This document shows positions 1-13,000 of a stretch of DNA of 64,000 nucleotides, one piece after another. The DNA lies in contig NW_015167071.1 in assembly GCF_001447785.1 (NCBI RefSeq), positions 1 through 64,000 of the forward strand, written 5' to 3'. The translations under genes and the position numbers were made by a program. The stretch is from Gekko japonicus (taxonomy: Eukaryota). The notes beneath the pieces were generated by a model. The model saw only the letters and a list, made by a program, of their open reading frames with translations. It ran no database searches and had not been told where the DNA came from. Each line of letters begins with the position of its first letter. Within the stretch, counting starts at the first letter, position 1.

Positions 1-21
1 ATCTCTTATGTTCTTATGTTC
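1..21 (+). mobile_element. 3' microsatellite tail of a CR1 LINE that extends off the window start
   Basis: TCTTATGTTCTTATGTTC is the reverse complement of the GAACATAAGAACATAAGA tail of the CR1 at 41915 (similar tail at 16022). Confidence 0.55.
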
Positions 22-446
22 CTGCAGCAGCCATTTTTGACAGACATTCTGTGGCTGTGTGCACAGGCTCAAAAAGTTTGGGGACCATTGGCTTAGAGCT
101 ATTTTAAGTGCACAATGAATAGCAACAATAGACTGCCTGAGTTGGCTGTGCTTTTGGTTCAGCTCTTATATACCCATGTCATCACAGAGCTGGTGAAGTT
201 ACACTGAGCAGTGGTAGGATGCAGGTAGAGTAAGCCACAGATTGTATCCTTGGGCAAAAATGTCCAGAATCAGTTCACCAGGTGAGTAGCTCATCCTTAT
301 GTAACACTGCAACACATCTTCACCATGTCAATTGGCTAGTGTGATTTGGCACTTGCGGTACGGCTTCAGAGTAGAGTTTTCTACTATAGAGCTGCTTTGT
401 ACTATCTGGTATGTTTATTCTCTTTCTCCCTGGTCCTTTTCCACAG

Positions 447-576
447 CATTCCTTGCATTTCAGAAGCTGAAGCCCGGGAAGCTTTTCTTGAGTACGCTTC
501 AAGTCACTGTTGTTACAGCAGCAGCCCTGCCAAAGAGATGGTGGTCAAAGATCTACAGGCATTCAACACATATCGA
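447..576 (+). CDS. SSUH2: SSUH2-like A coding exon (IPCISEAEAREAFLEYASSHCCYSSSPAKEMVVKDLQAFNTYR)
   Basis: Polypyrimidine tract and CAG acceptor ending at 446, GTAAGT donor at 577; 130 nt, the same length as B exon 46665-46794. Confidence 0.93.
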
Positions 577-3500
577 GTAAGTAGTTTATTCTCTTCTCAC
601 TCCCTAATGTACTATGCACTGACTAGCAACATTTATTGGTAATGAACAAATTGTCTCTTGGTGCTGGCTTTTTAGTCCATTGTGGTCTGATGTGTTACCA
701 CAGAGGCTAAAAAGGGAGTTATAAAATGGGAACATCCTGGTAAAAGAGCTACGGCTTGGACTCACCAGTCATTTCCACTGATGGAAGGGACTTCCTTGCC
801 TATCCTTCCCATGCACACACAAAACCTTTATTGGCATGAAAGCACAAAACATGATGGAAATACAGGAAAATACTAAGATGCATCAGTCACTTACTGTCTC
901 TTCTTCCCACTGTGGACTAAAATATTTTCCCATGTTATTTCTGGGGATGTGGGACCCCCAGAACAGCATGAGGAGGGCAGTTAGAGGTCTACAGTGACAT
1001 GGGGGCATCACTGACAATTGTTTCCCCTCTGTGGAAATTCTTCAGTGGTCAAAGCTTAGGTTTGTCACAAACCTTAAGTGAGCTTTTGCCTCTCACTACA
1101 GGCCTCCTGCTGATTTACAGTAGAAGTCATACTTGTTGAACACATGGGCTTGTGGGAAAGATCCCTGAAATAATATCAGCCACTTTCAACATCATAGAAC
1201 CCCTGTCAAACAAGGTTCTCAGACGGGTGTAATGGCTAACAAATGGTTATGTGTTATACTGGTCTGAACCTTGATTGGCAGGGAGTTCAAATGGAAATCT
1301 ACAGTTGAGAGTGGCAGTTCAGTTAAGAAGATGATGTCCAATATTTGTGCTATTATACAAAATATTTGAATTGCTGAATAATAAATTCACAGTCTTGGAT
1401 GCTGTGATCTACCAGCACAAATCTTCCTGTTTTTCCAATCTGCTTTATGCTGATGGATCACAGGATCCAACATTATGAATTTATTTATCAGGAATTCAGA
1501 TATTTTGTATAATAGCACAAATATTGGACATCAAATATTTGTCTATTGCTACAATTGTCTTTATTGGGATTTTGAATTATTACATGTGATGTTCTTTTTA
1601 TATTCTTTGATGTTAAGTTTGTGGTCATTGTGTCCTATGGCATGATCAAATATTGTTTCATTTCATAAGAAGTTAGATAACGCAGTAGAGATTGTATTTC
1701 TTGCCAGTGCTTTCATAGACCCTCTGAATTTAGTGCTGTTTTCTGGTTAATCTCCTAGTATCGCTTGGAGACCTTCACTGAATCTAGGTCTTTGGAATGG
1801 AGGACTAAACCATTTACAGGTAAAAACTACTTAGGGTACATAAGAATGTGTACTTCTTAATGTAAATTGCTGAGAATACAATTGTATCCCAGAGCAGTGA
1901 TCTCCAGTTATTCTATTCTCCATTACTAACGTTGGCCAGAAATGGACAAAGCATGGTGGAGCTCTGGCTGAATGTTTTGCATGTATTGATCATTAAGCAA
2001 CGACTGCTAGTATAATTTCAAGTAGAGTTTTTATGGAACCCATAATCTGTTTTCATCACTACCCATTATATAGTCCATGATTTATTTAGTCTGAAGATAA
2101 GGATTTGTTGGTTGCTCTGACAAAAACTGCAGTTAATTAAGTTCTTAAGCTTTTTGTTTTGTTTTGGGATATGAAATAAATGATATTTCTGTTCTTAGCA
2201 GCTGTCAGTGAAAATTAGGTGTACTGCTAAATGTATGCAGAACACAGAATAGCTTTGGGCTTAGATTTAACAACGAACTGGTCTGTAATCATCTAGGAGG
2301 TTTCATCACATGTATTTCTGCAACAGCTTAGTGAGGAGCAAGGGAAGGGACTTTGGAATTGAAGTTGGTCTTGGCCAACATGACAGGCATCCTGATGCCA
2401 TGGCTGAGCAGGTCTGCCCTTCTGCCTGCTTCTTTTTGTTCATTTTATTCAGTGCAAACTGTGCTTACATGATGAAAAAGGCTATTATCGAAATGGTCTT
2501 TCTCCATTTGGGAGAGGTTGTTTTCTGTAATGACGTATGTGTATGTGAAATTTCTCTGAGTTCTGTATAATTCAGTGTGATTGATTAAAAAGGGCGGGGG
2601 AAAGGAAAGAACAGTAAACAGTCAGAACTTCTGACAGTGGCATGAATGTGGCAAACCATTAATTGGACTGAGCCAGAGCCCACTGAACAGCTGTCTGCTG
2701 GCCTCTGACTGCCCAGCTACCTGGTGTAATTAGGCTGTGAAATATCACACTGGGCATCATAACTGGCTAAACTATATGTACAGTTGGCTCTGAAGAAGTC
2801 AGAAAGCTTTTATTTTTAAGGGCAGATTAACAGATCACATTCTTAAGAAGTGCACCTTAAATGTATGGCCAAGCACATGGGGTTTTGCAGACTTATGCGT
2901 TGTCCAGGTGGCAATGGTCAGCTGCGAAACTTGGTTTGGAAATATTTTGTGAAATGGCACTACACCTTGTGTTTTGAAGCTGCCTTCAGGCAAGAGGAAA
3001 GGCAGGGGATTAACATTAAAATAAATAAGGCAGTTTTTAGGATTAAGAGGGCAATCCTAAACAGAGTTGCGCCCTTCCCAATCCACTGGCTTCAGCAAGT
3101 GAGTTGCAGGTTGGTCCAGGTGAGAGAATGGGTTGGGCCTATATTATCTGTCCGTCTGCCAAAAGCCTAGCCTTTGACCTTATGAAGGAAGAAAATTACA
3201 AAACCAGGGGCACCTTCTCTGACCCTGCTGGGCCCAGTGATATGTAGACATTCCACACCCATGTATCAAGTTCTGCTGGCAGCTAAAAAAGCCTTGAAAG
3301 AGTGATGTAAATTGCCAGGCAAATAGGGTTTCAGTCTAGAACAGATTTTGGTGCAGGCTGGAAGCTTCCTTGTGCCCTCTACCTCATGATTTGGTATCTT
3401 TGCCTTTATTTGAAACTAATCTGACAGCCACTTTTGTAACCATTGTCAGTTTAAAAAAGAATATGTATTTTTGTTCTACTGGCACACTAGGTAGGAAAAA

Positions 3501-6500
3501 TCCCTTGAAGTGTGATTACATTTAGAATTGAGTGTATCTGTGTGTGTATATATATGTGCGTGTGTATGTCAGTTTTTGTTATGCAAAGGAATATTTGTAT
3601 AACAACTCTCTACCACGGTAGTTACAAAGCAGTTACATCAATGTCTCCTTGCAATTCATAGAACGGGCCATGAATGTCAAACATGGTCGGTGGTGATACA
3701 CATAGTACGTGAAATGGAGGCTAACAAACGGAGGTCAGGGAGGAAATTCCTCTGCATAGAGGAGAATGCTGGGAGGGACCTTGTATTTATGAGGTTGGCT
3801 CCCAGTCATGGTTTGTAAAGGAGCACCACTTCCCATATTGTCCAGCATGCTAGTTAAGATCTGACTCACAAGCCCTGCTCTCTGTGCATCCACCTTCAGA
3901 AAAGAGGCAGGTGGTGACAACCGGAGACCGAGGTGTTCTCCCCCCCCCAGTAGTGCCACCTCACCTCACCCTTCCCCTTGAGGCTCTCCTGGTACCCCTG
4001 TTGCTTTCTTGTAGGAACCAGGCCAAAATGTTTCTGTGCACCCAGTATATTAAGTAAGGGTGAACACTATTTCAGTCTGGGTGAACACTATTTCAGTTCA
4101 GTATTTTGTGAACACTATTTCAGTCTGGAAATTTATTTTAAATTGTTCCTAGCTTTTTATGGTGGGCTGGTTTTTTAATGCCTTTCAATTAATACCGTTA
4201 AATACTTTTGTTTTTATTATTTTTATTTTGTAAGCTGCCTCAGGCAGTTTCCTGGAGAGGCAGCATTAAAATGTTCTAAATAAATAAAGAATTCATTCCA
4301 TCTGCATTGGTCCAGAGAGTTTTCTTTAATGTCTGTTCTCATTTGATGAAGACTTCTAATCTTGGACCGTCTGAGATAATACCATGTCATAAGTGCAGGT
4401 ATCTGAAAACACCACAACACATTTTTTTTCTGCTACAGGTAAAATTGACGTGCCTGTTGTCGTAGCTGATTTGCCTTGGAATGTTCCAGTCGCTGTTCCT
4501 AAGATGTTTGAGAACAATACCGAAGAAGTTATGATGCCTCACACAACTTCAATAAAGGTACAGAGGAAATGTGTGCATAAAGGCAAAAGTGGACATGATA
4601 CTGGGAGATATTTGATGGATTTTAACAGGCTAATTTAAAGAAAAATGTTATTGTGAGGAGAAGACAGTTCTGGGAGAAAAAGACAGGTACCTTATTTGCC
4701 TGTCTTTTTGTCCTGTCTGGTGCTGTTTAATGGCATGGAGAGTCAGCTTTGATAGGTGAAACTGTGCAGAAGAGAAGCTAAACACCTTCTACCCCTGTGT
4801 CCCAATCCCAGTCTGAATCAGGTTGCTGCACAGCAGTGATCATCTTTGTAACACTGCTGGGAAGATACGGGCACGTGTCCCTTAGTGCTGCAATTGGTTT
4901 AGCTCTAACTAGTTTGACATTTGCGAGTGACTGTTAGTGACAGTGATTTTAAATACAAATTGGGATATATAAAGAGGGGCAAGACTCAGAAAAGGCCCGG
5001 CAGTCCTTTGCCTATATAATACAAAATAACTTTGTAGAGTTTGTTTTTCCTTAACAGTCAGTCATTTTCTGTTGTTCAAAATGCCACTGAAATCTGTGAG
5101 TCCTAAAGACTCCTTAAAAATCTGAGCTGAGCGAAAATTACATGCTTGAGATATTCAAGCATACCTATCAAGAATTTTTCTAATACTACAAATGCTTTTT
5201 TAAAGAAAATACTTATGTCACTTTTTGGAAACTTCCCAGAGCACTTTACAAAAAAAAAAGGGAAAAAAAGAAACAAAACATTAAAAGATACTAAATCCCA
5301 GCACTATAAATCAAGCCCAGCATAAAAACGTGTTTCCATACTTAATCATCTGCACACACATAGTGTGTATTCTGTTTATATGACAGAGGTGGCCAAACTT
5401 GCTTAATAGAAGCACCTCATAGAACAAATGTCAGATAGTTGAAAGCCACATAGCATGAACAGATATTATACACATATTTTAATTGGAAAATATGCAAATT
5501 TGCTTTTATTAACATTAAATGAAACTGCCAAAAATAAAAACAAAAGGGGTAAAAACATTGCTAATTATATTTATTTGTCTAAGTAAATATCTGGTCAAAA
5601 CATGGAAAAAACATGTAATCCAATTAAATTAAAGATATTTACTGGCTATTAACTGCTATTTAACACTGGTAGCTTGTTTTTCCATAATTCTGATTTAGGT
5701 GGATAATCAGATGGAAAGGTTTTGTGATTTGTTTCATAGTGGCCTTTCAGGTTACTGGCTTTGTAATGACTGAGTGACACATTACAGATATATCCTATTT
5801 TTTTCCTTGTGGTTTGGGGAACTTCCAATTAAGATGTTGCATACTTAGGAGGCAGCTGTTGATTAAACGTTAACGATGACTGCTCTGTTATAACACTTTT
5901 TTCTGTTCTGATTTCAAGGAATGCTCAGTGTGCATGGCTTCAGGAAAAATAACCTGCAAACAATGTAGTGGCCGCACTAAGGTAAGCAGTCTTCTCCCCC
6001 CACCTTAGATTTAGATCTATAATGTGTAGGGATGGGCACAAACCTGCTCAAGAGCCAAAATTTGGGCCAAACATGGGCTGGTTCAGTACTCAGGAACCAA
6101 TATTCAGGGAAGATGCATTCCCTGAACATTTACCAGACTTTGGTCGGTTTGATTCAGCACTTTGGGGCACTACACCCCTGTATTTAACCCTCCAGTTTTG
6201 CTCCCCCCTCTGAAGTGGTGGGAAGCAAAACAGAAGCCATTTCACCGTTACGTTTTGCTCCCTGCCACTTCCAAGGGGGGGGGGAGCAAAACCAAAGGAT
6301 TAAATGAAACACCTTCCAAGGTGATCCCTGCCCCCTTTCTCCTAGTCACAGTGAGCCATGGCCGGGAGTAAGGTGGAAGGGAGTCCCTTGTAGGGTGATC
6401 CCTGCCCCCTTTCTCCCATTCATGGTGAGCCATGGCTGGGGAAAAGGTGGAAGGGACCCCCTTCCAGTGCAATCCCCCCCTTTCCTGGCCACAGCGAGCC

Positions 6501-9500
6501 GTGGCTGGGAGAAAGGGGGGCCCAAACTTGCCAGACTGGTTCAGTTCATGTGGGGTTTGCTCAGTTCAGGGTTTGGCTTGTGGCCCGGCATGAATGCTAA
6601 ATTGCCTTTTTAAGGTTCATGCCCATCCCTAATAATGTAAGCAGTCCTCTATAGTGTTGAATTTATTCTCAATGTAGTTATTTAAATAAAGAAATAAAAG
6701 GAAGATCTTGGGGGAGGATGGGAAGAAAGGTTACTCATGGTATTTTTTCCCCTTGCACTGAAGCCCATTCCAGCAATTCTTGTGATCTAAAGAAGCACAC
6801 CAGAAAGTGAAATAAACGTAATTCTTGACCTCAATGGTACCTCATTTCTGAGGTGTATATTCTGTTTGTACATATGATGTGCTGGCTATACCCTTATATA
6901 TTTGATCTCAGAGGTTAATGGGTCTTGATGTAGGCTATCCCGCTCTTCCCATTTAGTGGCCTTACAACATCAATGAATGTTTTCATTGTAATGCTTATGA
7001 CAATCCAAACACATCTCTGATCAGTGATGAGGTCTGTTCTTCTTGGTCCTGTCTGCTATGCAAGAGGAGCCATTTGTTTCAGTGCCTGGGGATTTGGAAC
7101 CTCTTCCAACTCACAAAAGGCAGCGAAACACACACCCTGCTCCCAGTAGCCAGTAGGAGGAAGAGACAGGAGCAATAGCCTGAACACACTATGTCAACCT
7201 ATGTCCAGCCTCTCCCATTCCCATCTTTCTCCTTCCCTACTTATCAGTGGGGAGAGAAGGTCCTGTTCTGAGCACTACCAATGCTCAAGTTACTTTTCTC
7301 TCCCCTGGCAGGGACAAGCATATGCCCACATATGCCATTCACCCTGGAAGGAATAGCCCTACATTTTGGCACAAAATCTTATTTTCTATTATCCCTCTTT
7401 CCCNNNNNNNNNNNNNNNNNNNNNNNNNNNNNNNNCCCCCCCCCAGAGTACAGTATCTCTTGGAGGCATTTTTCCTTCTCTGTGGTAGGTGGGTACTTGG
7501 GCAAATTCATGGAAAGGCCGAGTAGAAGAATGAAGGAAAGGGGGAGGGGAATCCATCTCCAGCAGCCACTCTGGATTCTCTGATTTTGATTATCTGCAGG
7601 CAGTGTTCCCTCTAAGCTGAGTTAGTGTGAGCTAGCTCAGTTTTTTAGCTTCTGGCTCACACATTTTTGTCTTAGCTCAGGAAGGAGGGCTCCAGATCAG
7701 ACTAATTTATGCAGCCGCCAAATCACTCGCTCACAGCTTTAATGCCAGTAGCTCACAAAGTAGAATTTTTGCTCACAAGACTTCACAGCTTAGAGGGAAC
7801 ATTACCTGCAGGTTTTCCATCCAGATGTGGGATGGCTCCTGGAAACTGAGCAGCATCAATTAACCCAAAGCCCACCACACTGCAGGTGATCAGTGCCATC
7901 TGTTGTTTTACTAAGCAGTTTGATGGACAGGATCCAGAAGGCCACCTGGAAGGTCTTCTACAGCCGGTGCAGGAGTTGGCATCATTCCACCTGCTCTGGT
8001 GTTCCTGGTGGATGTGCTTGATTTCTTCCAAGTGGAGCTAGATGAATTCCCAAGTCTTGAAGAGAAAGTGATCAGCCTGGAGAGCATCTTGGAGGCTGCA
8101 GTGCAAGGCTACTGTCTACAGTACCTTCATCACAAAAACGTTTCCTCTGGATGGCCTTCCTTCGTTCAGAAGCCTTTCATTAAGGCAGCCATCGAAGCTC
8201 TCCATTCTGTTCCTCCGCATGAACTTTCCTCGGTGGTAGCTCTCCTGGTTATCACTGCCTCTGCAGTGTTGATGCCCTGTCAGGAAGCGAAAGCCCTTCA
8301 TCGTACGAATCAGTAACACATTGTGTAGTTTACAGGAAATAATCGTCCTTGATTTTGGTCCCAAGGTTTTGTAGCCAGATGAGCAGTGGTGACATGAACT
8401 CGTCCATCTGGCTTCGTAGGCATCCATCAGGAGAAGAGTGGAGTCCAAACAGCGAAAGCCACTCATTGTTTCCTATGAACATGAGATCTAAGCTCTTGAG
8501 ATTTACCATCAACGATGCTTAGCTGTGTCTTCCAGTCTAGCTGATGCAGTGCCAGCCAGTATCACAGCCCTCTGCTTATAGGGGAGGCCATTCGTTTATC
8601 CCTCTGTTCAGACCCGTTTTGCCATCATGCCAAATAGGGTGCTAATCTGCCTTCATGAGGGGTTATAATCAAGAAGAAAAGTAGTAAGATAGAACCCTGC
8701 ATATTAATTTTTTTTTCCATTTAAAATTAAATCCCAATAGGATCAATGCCACTGGTGTAAAGGAACAGGAGTATTCATTAGTGACACATGCAGCCACTGT
8801 TCTGGAACTGGATCTTCTTCTACCCTGTAAGACAATATACAAAGAAGCATCAGCTGTGCAGTCCTTTCTGGGTGCGGTCACACGCATGAGATAAGGCGGG
8901 GGGGGGAAGTGAGGCTATTTCCTCTGAAGGAATTTGACCCGCAGTTGCATGATCACGCAGTCCTTGGAAGGTGCAGGCACAGCCTGCCACTGCATGATCA
9001 GATGCAACCGCAGGTGAGTCGGGTTTTTTTTTTTTAAAAAAATGTTTGTTTCCGATATGCTTAAATGAGGAATCAATCACATCTCTGCACTGAGGGTTCC
9101 CTATGGAGTTAGCGATGATACGCATACTGAGAAGGGGCGGAGGAAACAATGGCATGGAGTTGGGATGGCCTGATCAGAGCATCCCGATGCCATGAGAGCA
9201 CGCTGGAGCGATCAGACACAGGAAACTCCATCTGTGGCCCGTTGCAACCCGTTTACTACCGGTCTTTCCCCGGTGTCTTTTTACTCCGCTTCTGCGGCAG
9301 AGCGAAACGGGTTGCCGACGGGTGCAGGGCGCTTCCCAGATGTTCGTGTCTGATGGTGCACTTTAAATCCGCCCCGCATTCACGCCTGTGGCACGGCTAA
9401 TTGTGTGTGTGATCACAGCCTCTGTTTTTCAGGCAGGTTTAAATGTTGCACGAACTGGGCTGGGATCCCGTGAATGATCTGAGGCTGATTTCTCACACTA

Positions 9501-10038
9501 CGTTTTGTGCTGATGTATAGATAGATGTATAGATTTGCAGAGTTTGTGTTAGTATAAAAAGCAAGGCGTGTCATAAGGCAATCGAGAGGTGATCCTGGGC
9601 TAGACTGCAGACATTACTTTTCCCTCCCCAGTGTTTTTTTGTTTTTTTCAGAAAAACACCCAAATCAGCCAGTTGTTGTTAAACCCCTGCTCTATAAATG
9701 TGCCTGTGTTTGAGTAATTGAAGTATCTGCAGGGAGCAGCAATAATGTTGCCATCTGTTGGTTATTGACGGTGCTGGAGGAAAAAAAAGACAACTGGATA
9801 AGAAGCTGAGCTTGCATTGTGTCCCCAGATTCAGTAGTGTGTGCCATTAACCAACAGAAAAGCTAAATTACAGTGCCGCTTCTCTTCCCCCTCACCCCCA
9901 GCTTTGTGGATCCTGAAACAAAACTGCAAGCTAGAACATATATTTAATCAGGACCACCAAAAAGCAATTTTTCTCCAGACCAGTTTCCCCAGAAATTTTT
10001 GAGTTCTTTGGTCATCGTCTGGACATGGAACAGGAGTC

Positions 10039-10081
<43 letters not shown>

Positions 10082-13000
10082 GTATTTCTGAATTTCCTGC
10101 TTTGTGCAGGGTTTGGACTGCATGACACTGGAGGTCTCTTCCAACTCTATGATTCTGTGATTCTAGATGCATGATTCAAGAATGGATCTGCCATCATGTT
10201 TTTTTAAGTACCCATGCTGAAGGTGATGTGATTTAATTCAGGCTGGGGATTGGAGTAGCCTATTTCCCCCTCCAGATCTCTCGCACTGGAGTTTTCTATG
10301 GCAGAAAACATGCAGGGACCCAGATGGGCCAGGTATATTTTCCCCTGCAGGGCAAATAGCTACAGAAGTCAGAGGAGGGAGGCTTTACATTGGGAAAATG
10401 GGACTGTGTTGGGAAATATTTGTATGTCCTGTTGCCATTGCCCTGAGCCACATTGTTCTCCCTTTCACCCCGCAGGGGCGTTTCAAGTCTTAAAAATCCT
10501 ATTGTGAAATCCTTCATGAGTAGTCTGGCATCTCTCCTAAAGCCCCCCCACACACACACTTGGGGAATGGGCAGTAAAATAGATTTGACAGTGCATTGCT
10601 GCAGGTTCAGGAAATTTAAACAATTTAAATTTCTTGTCAAGTTAGCTTAAACCATTCATGAGGACCAACTGTTTTAGTGTGTCAAGGAACAGATGATGGA
10701 TGTTTAGGAAGTAAAGTGCCAGTCAAAATTAATGCAAGTGTCACAAAGTTCTTACATCAAAGTCATGCCATCTGAGACCAACCCTGGTAGCTAAGGGTGT
10801 TTTTCTCAAAATATTAATCTAGAAAATACAAAACCATGCAGAACAAGGAAGGAAAAATCTATATGGAGGGTTTTTTTTTTTTTGATATAATTTATATAAA
10901 GTGATATAAAGTAAGCTATAATTCCTCCAGAAGGGGGGAGTGAGGATAACAGACTTTACACCAAATAATTACTATATTATGTCACCAAGGATATTAGGTT
11001 TCATGCTGATGATTTGTCCCCATGGAAAATTGTCTTGTTTTGCCATTCTTCACAGGTGTCGTGCTTGTTCTGGACGGGGAACAGTAAATTGCAAAGATTG
11101 TAATGGACAAGGACGTTTGCTGACATACAACGCACTGGTAGTTAATTGGCAAGTCCCATTGGAAAAACATTATGTGGGAAGGAAGGGGCCACTTCTGAAC
11201 ATAACAAAACTGTTGGTCTTTGTGGGCTGTCTTCCTAGTGAGTACAGTGGCCTGGGTTTGATCTTCAGCATAACCAGAAAAAGGGACCTTGGGTTTTGGA
11301 GATCAGAAAGGAAGGCTGGTTGGGATTGATATCTGCTTCCAGTCAGGTTGACTGTGCAAGAACAGCTGGTTGTTCTATCACGTGAAAAACAGTATCACGA
11401 TTGATGATTATCTCAGAGTGTGTCTTAGGATCAAACTGTACAAGATATTTTAAGATCTATGCATAGCTCTCCAGCATATGCTTTATTGTGAAATAGCAGA
11501 ATGCTTCTATCCCAATTTGGATCAGTGCTGCAGAACCTTCCCCCGTGTGCCCTTTCTGCATCCTCAGCAGGCCCTTGCTAAGTTGCTACTTGGCCCTGTG
11601 GATCAAACAAAGAACCTTCCAGCTCTTGGCATGGTTTGGCCCTTCATCTATGAAAACATTATAGTTTCTGACATTCAGTTCCTCAGAAATAGTACCAATT
11701 ATATTGCTTCATAATTTACTGTCCCCAGATCTGGTGTAGGCCTCTCATGTGACTGCATCACCTCCTCTATGGAGGCCTGGGAAGAGGGAGGGCAAAGGTT
11801 GAAACTGCACGTTAAAAAGGTGGCATATCAGAAATAATGCAATCCTGTGCTCCAAAAATCAGAAACCAAACCCCAGTTTCGGACAGTTACTGATTTTCTA
11901 GACAAATACGTGGTAATTGCATGTTTCTTGCCTTCACAGGAAAAATGACGTGTTTGAATATGTAGCGCATCAAAGAAGTGACTTTCCTGCTAAACTGTTC
12001 CAAGCAGTTACGGGACAGAAGTTGTTTGTTGATGAACAGGATATGGTAATGAAACTCTACAAACAAACGTAAAGTAGCCAGAGGGGCCGGATTAAAAAGG
12101 GGCCAACTTTACATGTTGACAAATATATTTTCCTCCAAATAAGCAGAGTACTTGGGGGCTTTTGAACATCTGAATTTGCCCTTTCCCCAGCTTTTTCTTT
12201 TCAGGAGAAAAATAGGGATGGAAAGGGGGAAGTAGTGGAGAACTATGGTGGCACATATTAATGTACTCTCCCATTGACACTTCACGAGTCTCACCCTTCC
12301 TTTGTAACAAAAAGCATAAAAACAAAGTCCATATGTTCAGCCAAAAATTCTGGGGGTTCCCACTTTTTTTAAAGCTACTTCGAGCTTTTTAAAGATTGGC
12401 TGAAGTAGAAATAGAATAATATATAAAAGTAGAAATTAAATTTAGACTCTCTAGCAACAGTAGGAACTGCGGTGGCTCAAGTGGTTAAGACGCTGAACTG
12501 CAGGCTGTGGAAGGTCGGTAGTTCAGCAGTTCGAGACCCGAGTTGCTGCATGACGGAGTTAGCTCCCGTCTCTAGTTCCAGCTCCTGCCAACCTAGCAGT
12601 TCGAAAGCAAGAAATTGCAAGTAGATAAATAGGTACCACTTCGGTGGGAAGGTAACAGCGTTCCGTGCGCCTTGGTGTTTAGTCATGCCGGCCACATGAC
12701 CACGGAAATGTCTTTGGACAGCGCTGGCTCTTCGGCTTTGAAACGGAGATGAGCACCGCAACCCTAGAGTCGGACTCGACTGACTTTCGAGCAAGGGAAC
12801 CTTTACCTTTACTTTAGCAGCAGTATATCCAGAACAAAAAGCTATATGTCATAGATTGTCACAGCACTATGTCTTGATTTAGGTCATCCTCTTCCATACT
12901 TTGCAGGCAACAGGTTTATACTGAATAGACAGAAATACGCTTGCAGGCTTGTGCAGTGTAGGTTTCTACTGAATGCTTGTGTGAATTCACAAGTATTCAC

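Noticed and set aside
241-281. Possible upstream exon of paralog A (strong CAG|GTGAGT donor at 282; ATG at 260)
   Set aside because: The ATG frame is out of phase with the exon at 447. The compatible frame has a stop at 226, no ATG and only a weak acceptor. Cannot be supported without transcripts.
4060-4126. CRISPR-like short repeats
   Set aside because: Eukaryotic intron, only three copies, spacers of just a few bases; simple slippage duplication.
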